A DNA stretch of 38,749 bases from Candidatus Pacearchaeota archaeon (GTDB lineage: Archaea > Nanobdellota > Nanobdellia > Pacearchaeales > GW2011-AR1): the NCBI GenBank assembly GCA_050124795.1, contig JASFEO010000013.1:1-38749 (forward strand), given 5' to 3'. Below, piece after piece: positions 26,679 to 35,037 of this stretch; the stretch's first letter is position 1; every line of letters begins with the position of its first letter. A program made the translations under genes and the position numbers. The notes beneath the pieces were generated by a model. The model saw nothing but the letters and a program-made list of their open reading frames with translations. It did not search any database and was not told the DNA's origin.

Positions 26679-28967
26679 TTATATCCTCCTCTTCTTAATC
26701 TCTTCATTCAACCACTTTTGCCAAAGTGGAAAAACTCTTTCTGAAAGTGGCAACCCGACTTCATGCCTGACTTCATCAGAAATTTTATGAAACATATGAT
26801 TTGCCAAAGTATTAAACTTAGATTCCAAAATTGTTTCATCTCCTGTTTTTTCTGCGACCCTAACTAATTCCTCTTTTATTTTCCCGCGAAGTAAAATGTT
26901 ATCATAAACTGCATCCCAGTTTCCTGCCCAGCCTTTTACATTTGCTGCAATGTCTTTAATAATTTCTGAATTCCCATTAATTAAATCTTCAGTTGGTTCA
27001 AGTTCATCTTTTTCAACATTATATTTTAACAAATCAACAAACCCCCCTTCAGAATTTGGGTCATCCTTCCAATGTTTTCGGATTTCAGAAAGTTGCACAA
27101 GTCTTCTTGAAGAGTGAAGTCCGTCAGGAGATTTTATTGGATTGCAAACTGCAATAATATCAGTTGCCTTAAAACTCGTCGCCGGAACTTCCAAATCATT
27201 TACAACTCTGTCAAAAACCCCGTAAGGACTTGCACCATGAATTGTTCCTGCAACAACATTTGCTAAAGCCCCAACCCTCATTGCCTCATAAAGCGCCTTT
27301 GCTTCAACTGACCTGACTTCACCAATAATTAAGCAACTGTCTCCCAGTCTTAAAGAAGTTCTAATCCCGTCGTCAGCAGAAACTTCTGTTGTGGTTTTTA
27401 ATAATGCTGATCTAACTTTCATTCGCAAAATATCATAATTTAATTTCTTCAAAGATTCAACAGGCAGTTCAAGTGAGTCCTCAATAACAATCACCCGAAA
27501 CTTAGGAATAATTTCAAGCATTAAACTTCCCAAAAGAGAAGTCTTCCCGGAACTTCTTGTTCCTGCAACTAAAAGTGTACGTGAGCCGTCAATTAAAAAA
27601 CTCAAAAGTCCGGCAGTAAAAGAATTTATCATTTTATTTTTCACAAACAATGGAAGTGTCCATGGTTCTTCACGATGTCTCCTGATTGCATAACTTAATC
27701 CATCAGGACTCAAAGGCTGTTGAATAATTGCAATCCTTGCCCTTAAATTTCCAATTTCAAGTTGAGTATCCAAAATAGGATTTGCCTCATCCAATGGACG
27801 ACCGGAAATTAATCTAAACTTTGCAGCCCACGAATCAACATCTTCAGAACTTGGCAAAATATTTGTAAAACATTGTTCATATTCCTGATGCCGCAAAAAA
27901 ATATTTGTCTGAGAAATCGGCGCATTCAAACTTATGTCCTGAATTTTTTTATCCTGCAATAAAACTTCAATCAAGCCAAAACCAATTGTATGCCTTACAA
28001 GTATCGTCGCTAATTTATTCAAATCATTATAACTCAAGGCAATTCCCTTGCTCTCTGCCAAGTCTCTCAACAAATCTTTTGAAATATTCAAAAAAACCTG
28101 CCGCGTTCTTTCTGTATCAGTAAACTCCTCTGCCTTGGGCTGGTGTTCAATCAAAACACCCCTCGCCAAATTAAGAAGAACATTATGCTCTTCACTTAAG
28201 GAACTCTCGGGAGGATTCAAATGATAAAACAACTTTGACTCATTTTTCTTTTTCAAAATCGTAACCAAAGACGAATCATAATCATCATGAACAATTTTAT
28301 ATTGGTCCATTATCTCTGCATCATTTGGCAAATCCTGCACAAGACGTGTAAAAGTAAAATTCGGAATAACATCCGGCTTGAAAATCCGATTATAAATCTC
28401 TCTGTCTCCCCGTTTGTAATTTTCTAAATACCCCCTGGCATTTTGAATTAATTTAGTTTTCTCAAACAACATATGAACCTTCTCTAACAAATTAACATAA
28501 TTCATCTGATCTGCCTTTTGTTCTGCAGAAAGTTTATCAAGAAAAATTTTTCCTTCAATAATCATCCTCTTCAATTCATGATATGCTAAAATCGGATCCT
28601 GGCGAATTAAAAATAAAAAAGAAAAAACCTCATTATATCTTTGAGAAAAAAACTGCGAATAAGAAGTAACTAATTTTTCCTGCGACAAAATTCTTTCCTG
28701 CCTGACAAGATAAATATAAAGCTGTGCAATTTCCAGCAAAGTTGAAGTTTCTTCAAAATCATAATTATAATTTTTTTCCTGTACAAAAACAACCCGCGAC
28801 ACATGGGGGTTCTCCATTAAAATATCAACTGTCCTCTCCATTACCTGCGGATACTCTGACAAACTCGGCACAAAACCTGCTCCAGCAAAATTAACATAAA
28901 CCACATCCTCCCCGCCCTCTCTTTGAATTTCATAAGAATACAACTGACTTCCTCTTTTAAATTTCAT
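26679..28967 (-). CDS. Type II/IV secretion (CpaF/VirB11/ArlI-like) pilus assembly ATPase with a long N-terminal extension
   Basis: Walker A AGTRSSGKTS, Asp box IEDSLEL, Walker B LIIGEVR, His box GTIHG. Confidence 0.93.
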   Translation of the reverse strand: MKFKRGSQLYSYEIQREGGEDVVYVNFAGAGFVPSLSEYPQVMERTVDILMENPHVSRVVFVQEKNYNYDFEETSTLLEIAQLYIYLVRQERILSQEKLVTSYSQFFSQRYNEVFSFLFLIRQDPILAYHELKRMIIEGKIFLDKLSAEQKADQMNYVNLLEKVHMLFEKTKLIQNARGYLENYKRGDREIYNRIFKPDVIPNFTFTRLVQDLPNDAEIMDQYKIVHDDYDSSLVTILKKKNESKLFYHLNPPESSLSEEHNVLLNLARGVLIEHQPKAEEFTDTERTRQVFLNISKDLLRDLAESKGIALSYNDLNKLATILVRHTIGFGLIEVLLQDKKIQDISLNAPISQTNIFLRHQEYEQCFTNILPSSEDVDSWAAKFRLISGRPLDEANPILDTQLEIGNLRARIAIIQQPLSPDGLSYAIRRHREEPWTLPLFVKNKMINSFTAGLLSFLIDGSRTLLVAGTRSSGKTSLLGSLMLEIIPKFRVIVIEDSLELPVESLKKLNYDILRMKVRSALLKTTTEVSADDGIRTSLRLGDSCLIIGEVRSVEAKALYEAMRVGALANVVAGTIHGASPYGVFDRVVNDLEVPATSFKATDIIAVCNPIKSPDGLHSSRRLVQLSEIRKHWKDDPNSEGGFVDLLKYNVEKDELEPTEDLINGNSEIIKDIAANVKGWAGNWDAVYDNILLRGKIKEELVRVAEKTGDETILESKFNTLANHMFHKISDEVRHEVGLPLSERVFPLWQKWLNEEIKKRRI

Positions 28968-29057
28968 AAAAATAAAAAGAAAGAGGAGTTTAAAGAATTT
29001 ATTATAATGAAAATCTATTTGGCAAATTTATTTAAACCCCATTAACTTAAGACAATT

Positions 29058-29372
29058 ATGGAAGGGGCTGACATGAATTATCAAAATTATGAATACCCTG
29101 ATCCGAATATAAAACTAAGGGATTTAGAAGAAAAACAAAGAATACTAAAAGATAGAATTTTATTAATTGGGAATAACATGATTGAAACAAAAGAAGAAAA
29201 CACAAAAAAAATATTAGAATTAAAAAGAGATGTTGGAATAATAAAAGAAAACATGGAAAGAATAAGAACATTCCTCGAGACTATTGCAGAGGAATTTTCA
29301 AAATTCGCAAGTAAAGATGAATTAGAAATCGTCTCAAAACAAGTGCGAATGTTTGAAAAAATATTAAATTAA
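29058..29372 (+). CDS. Small coiled-coil protein
   Basis: Heptad-rich LRDLEEKQRILKDRILLIG...; divergent from the ATPase. Confidence 0.8.
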   Translation: MEGADMNYQNYEYPDPNIKLRDLEEKQRILKDRILLIGNNMIETKEENTKKILELKRDVGIIKENMERIRTFLETIAEEFSKFASKDELEIVSKQVRMFEKILN

Positions 29373-29387
29373 AAATAAAAAATTGGA

Positions 29388-30014
29388 ATGGGGGCACTTG
29401 AAGAATTCACACAAATGAAAAATCAGGGAATGAATGAAAATGATATTATTAATAATCTTCGAGGAAAATATTCCCCAAAAGAAATAAATGACGCAATGAG
29501 CCAATCACAAATAAAAAATGCAATTGCAAACGAAACAATGACAGACCAAAACCCACCAACACCAGGAGGATATTCAGAAAGTCCTCAAACACAGGAAATG
29601 AATTACCCTGATGATGCTGGATCAGATATGTATTCTTCTCAAAGCCAGCAAGAATATTACCCCCAACCGAATGAAAATTATGCGCCTGAACAAAATTATG
29701 CCCAGGGATATGCAGGAGGGGGAACAGACAATATGATTGAAGTGGCTGAACAAGTCGTAGAACAAAAACTCAGCAAATTAAAAAAACAAATTGACAACTT
29801 AACAGAATTTAAAACAGTCGCGCAAACAAGAATTGAAATGAACACAGAGAGATTAAAAAGAATTGAAGCCACACTTGACAAACTTCAGCTTGCAATTCTC
29901 GATAAAATCGGAACATATCAGGATACACTAAACTCAATAAAAAATGAAATGAACATGATGCAGGATTCTTTTTCTAAAGTTGCCAAAGGAAAAATTCATA
30001 AAAAGAAAAAATAA
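29388..30014 (+). CDS. Hypothetical protein: small N-terminal helical domain, P/Q/Y-rich linker, C-terminal coiled coil
   Basis: Composition and heptad pattern; probably co-transcribed with the 104-aa ORF. Confidence 0.85.
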   Translation: MGALEEFTQMKNQGMNENDIINNLRGKYSPKEINDAMSQSQIKNAIANETMTDQNPPTPGGYSESPQTQEMNYPDDAGSDMYSSQSQQEYYPQPNENYAPEQNYAQGYAGGGTDNMIEVAEQVVEQKLSKLKKQIDNLTEFKTVAQTRIEMNTERLKRIEATLDKLQLAILDKIGTYQDTLNSIKNEMNMMQDSFSKVAKGKIHKKKK

Positions 30015-30027
30015 ATTTTTATTAAAA

Positions 30028-30597
30028 TTATCTGGGAGGGGCCCCCCAAGGCCATACTGGTCTGTAAGGCTCAGAATCCCTGCCGCTCATTGAAGCCGCT
30101 ATTGCAACTATGATGATAACAAATATTGTAAGACCTGTGATACCTTTCCAATATTGATAAAACCAATCTCCGACTGCAGTTCCTGCTGCAACACCTGATT
30201 GAAGCAAAACTATTGCTGCAACAACAACTGAAATTCCTAAAAGAGTTAACATAAGTCCGTTTTTACTTGTATCAACAAACAATCCTGCAAGAATTAAAAT
30301 AATTAAAATTACTGAAAGCCCGACACCAAATCTCGGGAAAACTTCTGAAAAAAACCTCGGCACAAAATCAAATTGCAAGGCCAAAAGCCCGACAACAAAT
30401 GCAATAATCCCATTAACAGATTTATTATCTTCAAATAATTTCATCCGTGTTAAAATTCCCATAATTACTGCAAAAATTAATAAAAACGGAAGAAGATAAC
30501 TAAATACCCCCAACTCCTCTGCAGTCTGCAAAATCTCTCCAATTTGTCCCCCGCTATAACTTCCATACCACGCAAGTTCTATCAACCCTTTTATCAT
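30028..30597 (-). CDS. Multi-pass membrane protein
   Basis: LLPFLLIFAVIMGIL..K...N.IIAFVVGL pattern; paralog-like to the neighbouring ORF. Confidence 0.85.
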   Translation of the reverse strand: MIKGLIELAWYGSYSGGQIGEILQTAEELGVFSYLLPFLLIFAVIMGILTRMKLFEDNKSVNGIIAFVVGLLALQFDFVPRFFSEVFPRFGVGLSVILIILILAGLFVDTSKNGLMLTLLGISVVVAAIVLLQSGVAAGTAVGDWFYQYWKGITGLTIFVIIIVAIAASMSGRDSEPYRPVWPWGAPPR

Positions 30598-30641
30598 AAA
30601 CTATTTTAACAAAACCAGATTTAAATATGTTTCTAAAATTA

Positions 30642-31148
30642 TTAACTCTTTGCACCAGTCTTCAACATCAATGCAACTGCTGCAACTATTACTACAACAA
30701 AAATAAAGTTTGTCCAGAATTCTCCGCTCCATGAATTTCTAAAGAAAAAATCAAAAATTGTATTTTCAACACCTGCCGCCCATAAAACCGCAATGATTAC
30801 TGCAACAACAATAACAATTCCTGCTGTCCACTTTAATCCTTTGCCCTCTCCAAAAATTCCTGTCTTTAATTCACTTCCTGAAACAAATCCCCAAAGAATC
30901 AATCCAACAAAAACAACTATAATTGCAATAGTTAAAAACAAAATTAAATTAGAAACAACTAGTTTTGGAAAAATCGCCCCAACAAAAATCAGACCAATCA
31001 CCAAAGAAACAATTGAATCAATCTGCTTGCTCTCGCCTAAAAGTTTTGTCTTTTGCAAAATCGCAAAAGTAATAAACCAGATTAAAACAAACGGCAGTAT
31101 AAACTTCTGCAAAATCTCATTCTGTAAAATTGTCTCCCCAATTGCCAT
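30642..31148 (-). CDS. Multi-pass membrane protein, paralog-like to 30028..30597
   Basis: ILPFVLIWFITFAILQKTKLLG...IVSLVIGL pattern. Confidence 0.85.
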   Translation of the reverse strand: MAIGETILQNEILQKFILPFVLIWFITFAILQKTKLLGESKQIDSIVSLVIGLIFVGAIFPKLVVSNLILFLTIAIIVVFVGLILWGFVSGSELKTGIFGEGKGLKWTAGIVIVVAVIIAVLWAAGVENTIFDFFFRNSWSGEFWTNFIFVVVIVAAVALMLKTGAKS

Positions 31149-31258
31149 AATACTATTAAAGAAGAAAATACTTTTTAAATATATCGCAAGAAATCAAATT
31201 ACAGTTATACTTTCGTTGCAATATCCTTAGTAGTTTTAACAACTTTTAATTTATTTGT

Positions 31259-31396
31259 TTATTTATTCAAAATCATATAGCGAACAACATTACTTTTTGG
31301 AAGAATATTTTCTTCAGCTCCAAAATTATAATTTTTGACTCCATATAAAAGAAAAAGCAAATTTCTTTCACTCTTAAAAGAATAAACTGGTTTCAT
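31259..31396 (-). CDS. Possible 45-aa hypothetical peptide
   Basis: MKPVYSFKSERNLLFLLYGVKNYNFGAEENILPKSNVVRYMILNK*; TTTAAA about 25 nt upstream; no other support. Confidence 0.35.
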   Translation of the reverse strand: MKPVYSFKSERNLLFLLYGVKNYNFGAEENILPKSNVVRYMILNK

Positions 31397-31438
31397 AGAT
31401 TAAATAACAAAAATTAATTTAAATAATTTTCTAAAAAA

Positions 31439-31549
31439 TTATCTAACCAAATAAAAAAAGAAATAAAAAATTGCTCCAAAAATTAACAAAGCAAGGAGTA
31501 TCATAAGCCAGACCCTCATTCCAAAACCCCTTTTCTTTTTTGCTTTCAT
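31439..31549 (-). CDS. Unannotated 36-aa single-TM peptide with a class III-like leader
   Basis: MKAKKKRG/FGMRVWLMILLALLIFGAIFYFFFYLVR*; GAGGGG SD-like motif just upstream. Confidence 0.6.
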   Translation of the reverse strand: MKAKKKRGFGMRVWLMILLALLIFGAIFYFFFYLVR

Positions 31550-31625
31550 AACAAACCCCTCTAAACTTATAATCAGCAAAAATAGTTTAAATAACTTTTT
31601 ATCGATTCATTAGATAATAAAATTT

Positions 31626-31904
31626 CTAAATTAAATCTTCAGGAATTTCATCAATTCCGGAATCGGGATTTGGCAGTGCTGCTTTATTTATTATAAAAAT
31701 ATCACTAATTGCTTTCACAAATTGGTGCGGGATTATTACTCCTCGTGCTCCGCCAATCAAAGAAATAATGCTCCCTCCAACTTTTATTCTCCAGCCCTCG
31801 ATTTTATTCTCACTTAAATTAGCCTCTTCAATCTCCCCAAAAAAGTCCCCTGAATCAGTATAAACCTTTGAACCAACCACATCACTTATTTTTTTTATTC
31901 TCAT
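31626..31904 (-). CDS. Stand-alone PRC-barrel protein (CdpB-like family)
   Basis: ISDVVGSKVYTDSGDFFGEIEE...IIPHQFVKAISDIFII. Confidence 0.88.
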   Translation of the reverse strand: MRIKKISDVVGSKVYTDSGDFFGEIEEANLSENKIEGWRIKVGGSIISLIGGARGVIIPHQFVKAISDIFIINKAALPNPDSGIDEIPEDLI

Positions 31905-31955
31905 AAAACAAACTAAACTATCTTATTTAAATAGTTTTCCGTTATTGAATATATA

Positions 31956-32231
31956 TTATCCTTCAATAGAATGCCCCCATCTGAATCTTTCATTCATTGA
32001 CTTATGATAAGAATAGGAATAATAACAAAGATTGAACTTTCCATTTATAGTTCTCCTAAAACCACAAGGCCGATACTTATCCTCTGGGAACGGGCAACGT
32101 CTTTCAAGATTAACATTTCTATTCAAAAGATTTTTTTTAAACGAATCACCAATCTTCAAAGAATTATTCTGCCCGCACAAAAACTTCTCCTCAAAGATTT
32201 TAGGTTGTTTTACATTTTCATTATTTGCCAT
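31956..32231 (-). CDS. Small hypothetical protein with four Cys
   Basis: ATG start with a TATA-like element; C...CPF...C...C pattern. Confidence 0.55.
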   Translation of the reverse strand: MANNENVKQPKIFEEKFLCGQNNSLKIGDSFKKNLLNRNVNLERRCPFPEDKYRPCGFRRTINGKFNLCYYSYSYHKSMNERFRWGHSIEG

Positions 32232-32312
32232 GAATATAAATAGAAAACATAATTTAAATTAATTTATATACTAAATATAAAACTTTATAAAAAATATTTT
32301 CTTAAAGTTTAC

Positions 32313-32969
32313 ATGCTTGACAGAAAAGAGTTGGCCAACATTTTAATTATTTCATTAGTATTTGCATTTGCAATAAGTTTAATTGAATCGCTTGAAATTT
32401 TCCTCTACACACTTCTCTTTATTTTTCTCATTATAATAATTAATGTAATTGCAAAAAAAATAACAGCATTTTATTTTGATTCAGACATTAAAATAAACTT
32501 ATGGCAATTAAAAAGATTTGGTCTCTTTGGAGTTCTCTGGGGAATCAGAAGAGGAAGCCATCCTTCAAAAAAATTCAAAAACCCTTTTCCAATAGGTTTA
32601 ATCCTCCCAATAATAACAACTGCATTTTCACTTGGCTACATTACCTGGCTTGGCTCATTAACTTTTAAAATACGTTCAAAAATTTATCGTGCAGCAAAGA
32701 AACACCGCTTCTATAAATTCAAAGAAATCCCTGAATTTCATATTGGTCTAATTGCGGCCTCAGGAATCTTAGCAAATTTATTATTCACAATAATTGGCTA
32801 CTTAATTGGCTTTCCTGATTTTGCAAAATTAAATTTATATTATGCATTCTGGAACCTAATTCCAATTTCAACCCTCGACGGAAACAAAATTCTTTTTGCA
32901 AATAAATTCTTATGGAGCATTTTAATACTTGCAGTTTTAATTGGGATAACATTAACTTCAATTATCTAA
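32313..32969 (+). CDS. Site-2 protease (M50)-like membrane protein lacking HExxH
   Basis: IAASGILANL and NLIPISTLDGNKI match M50 C-terminal motifs; the HExxH position reads INVIAKK. Confidence 0.75.
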   Translation: MLDRKELANILIISLVFAFAISLIESLEIFLYTLLFIFLIIIINVIAKKITAFYFDSDIKINLWQLKRFGLFGVLWGIRRGSHPSKKFKNPFPIGLILPIITTAFSLGYITWLGSLTFKIRSKIYRAAKKHRFYKFKEIPEFHIGLIAASGILANLLFTIIGYLIGFPDFAKLNLYYAFWNLIPISTLDGNKILFANKFLWSILILAVLIGITLTSII

Positions 32970-33070
32970 TCTTTCTATATTTCAAATTAATATATTTACA
33001 ATAAAATAAAATCAAAGATTCTCAACAAAAATCCACAACATTAAAATTTAATTACAAAACCCAATAACCC

Positions 33071-33093
33071 TAAAATTCACAAAGTGAATTTTA
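33071..33093 (-). terminator. Perfect 10-bp inverted repeat overlapping the stop codon of the 631-aa gene
   Basis: TAAAATTCAC-AAA-GTGAATTTTA, between convergent genes. Confidence 0.55.
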
Positions 33094-34986
33094 ACTACAA
33101 CCATTCTTCCACTCGCCAATTCCAATTAACAAATTATTAATTGAAACACTGCCACTCTTCCATGAAGAAATATAGACCATTAACTCAGAAACTGAAACAA
33201 CAGAATCAACAGGATTATTATCTGCTCCTGAAGAACAAGAACTCCCGCCGCTTGCAACACTAAAACTAATTGTAAAATCATTTGTATTATAATTTCCTGA
33301 AGTATCATTACACCGAACATAATAACTATAACTCCCACCATCACTTAAACCACTAACAAAAGTTGAATGACTTGTTGAATCTGTTGTTGAAAAAGTATTT
33401 GCCATTGAGGAATAGCTTGTTCCCGCAGTTGTAGAGTACCTGCAATTTGCAACTTCATCAGTTGATAAACTAATTGTTGTGCTGGTTGTCCCCGAAGCCA
33501 ATGTTCCTGTTGGCAAACCATTTGACCTTACAGGAGGAGTCGTATCCCCCGCTCCAAGAGTTAAAGGATGAGGATATGCATAAGGAGTATAATAAAGCAC
33601 CCACACATTTGATTCACACCTATACAACTGACCATCATTTCCAGGATTATTTGAATTCCATTCTGCTTCATTTGTTACCCAAAAGCCAACACCATCAGTG
33701 CAGCTGCCAATCGCTGCCATCTCAGCAGCAGTCCCCATTCCAACACCTGTTGATCCATCAAAAGATGAAACTTCACTATAATAGTCTGCATAAGGCTCAC
33801 CATCATGAGCAACATTCTGGATATACGGAGTAGAATCACCTGTATAAAATTGATCATTATGAACTGTTACATCCATGATAGCGCCAGTATTATCATTATT
33901 ATCCCAAATATAAAGAGGTTCAGATTGCTGGTTTTGCCCTCGCCCAACCTGGTCACAGCAAGGATACCCTTCACCACCAGAAGAAATAGCACAAAATATA
34001 TTAGAAGTACAACCATCTGATCTAATAAAACTACTAATCAAATCAGGATTAGGGATATATTCTTCAGCCCGCTGATCATAAAGCATTATGTCATAAGAAA
34101 ATGGACTTCCCAAACCAGAAGTAAAATGACTATTCCCCCAGACAACACCAGTCCCTCCACGAATCTGAAACATCCGACAACAATAATCCGCGTCAGTAGC
34201 AGTATAAGTATTCCCATAAAACTCATAAGCTCTAGTCCCAACCCCCGACCCATCATGTCCAAAACCATGGATATCAAACGGATCCCCCCAACGACTACCA
34301 TCCCCTTCCTCATCGACACTATTAAATCTGACAACCATCCTAGCCCCTCGACAATTCGCCCATACCACATGATTCTCATCCCCATTAGGACCATGAAAAA
34401 TATTATTCTCCACAAAAACAAAGTCATCTCCCCCAAGCCCAGTAGGCTCCAAGAAAGAATCATCGTCATGACCAGAATTTATTATAACCCCAGAAGTTTC
34501 CGCATCCTGAAACACATTACTATCAATAACTCCAACATTATGCCCATCAAGCCATATCCATCTCAAATACCCATCAAAAAAATTATTATCAATTCTCCAA
34601 TTACGACAACCATCAGAGGATTTTATACCCCCAGCCTGTATGCAATAATTTAATGTATGTGTAGGATTAGTAAAAGTAAACCCGCTAATCCTCCAATTAT
34701 CAGTCCCATCTGAAACATCAAATCCATAATTAGTAATAACTGTATTCCCAATCCCTGCACCAATTATACTCAACTCTTCCGAAAGAGAAATATACCCATC
34801 CCAAGTGCAATTTCCAAAAGGGACCAAAACAGTATCTCCATCAACAGCCGTAAGAATTGCAGCCTCAACAGCACTTTGAGAACAAGAAGCAGCACCAATT
34901 GTTGCAGCACTAACAAAAGAAACTCCTAAAAAAATAAATAAATTAAGCACTAAAAAAAATTTTAAAAATACAATCTCTTTTTTCAT
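33091..34986 (-). CDS. Secreted right-handed beta-helix (pectin-lyase-like) protein with an Ig/FN3-like domain and a dockerin/EF-hand-like C-terminus
   Basis: Signal peptide; GDTVLVP..C, IDNNFF / IDSNVF / VENNIF beta-helix turns; YTPYAYPHPL; DTTPP...YSYYVRCND; ADNNPVDSVVSVSEL...WKSG...WKNG. Confidence 0.82.
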   Translation of the reverse strand: MKKEIVFLKFFLVLNLFIFLGVSFVSAATIGAASCSQSAVEAAILTAVDGDTVLVPFGNCTWDGYISLSEELSIIGAGIGNTVITNYGFDVSDGTDNWRISGFTFTNPTHTLNYCIQAGGIKSSDGCRNWRIDNNFFDGYLRWIWLDGHNVGVIDSNVFQDAETSGVIINSGHDDDSFLEPTGLGGDDFVFVENNIFHGPNGDENHVVWANCRGARMVVRFNSVDEEGDGSRWGDPFDIHGFGHDGSGVGTRAYEFYGNTYTATDADYCCRMFQIRGGTGVVWGNSHFTSGLGSPFSYDIMLYDQRAEEYIPNPDLISSFIRSDGCTSNIFCAISSGGEGYPCCDQVGRGQNQQSEPLYIWDNNDNTGAIMDVTVHNDQFYTGDSTPYIQNVAHDGEPYADYYSEVSSFDGSTGVGMGTAAEMAAIGSCTDGVGFWVTNEAEWNSNNPGNDGQLYRCESNVWVLYYTPYAYPHPLTLGAGDTTPPVRSNGLPTGTLASGTTSTTISLSTDEVANCRYSTTAGTSYSSMANTFSTTDSTSHSTFVSGLSDGGSYSYYVRCNDTSGNYNTNDFTISFSVASGGSSCSSGADNNPVDSVVSVSELMVYISSWKSGSVSINNLLIGIGEWKNGCS

Positions 34987-35037
34987 AACTTATCTAAGAA
35001 ATTATGATTTAAAAATATTTCTGCAATCAAAAATATT

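Noticed and set aside
16880-28967. Archaellum operon
   Set aside because: No recognisable ArlH (KaiC-like ATPase), ArlF/G or archaellin-like sequences; the pilin-like proteins lack archaellin N-terminal conservation.
30793-31230. 145-aa plus-strand ORF (also the shadows at 15475, 15871, 19081, 29056, 32004 and 33474-37949)
   Set aside because: Antisense or off-frame to better-supported genes; composition reflects the opposite strand.
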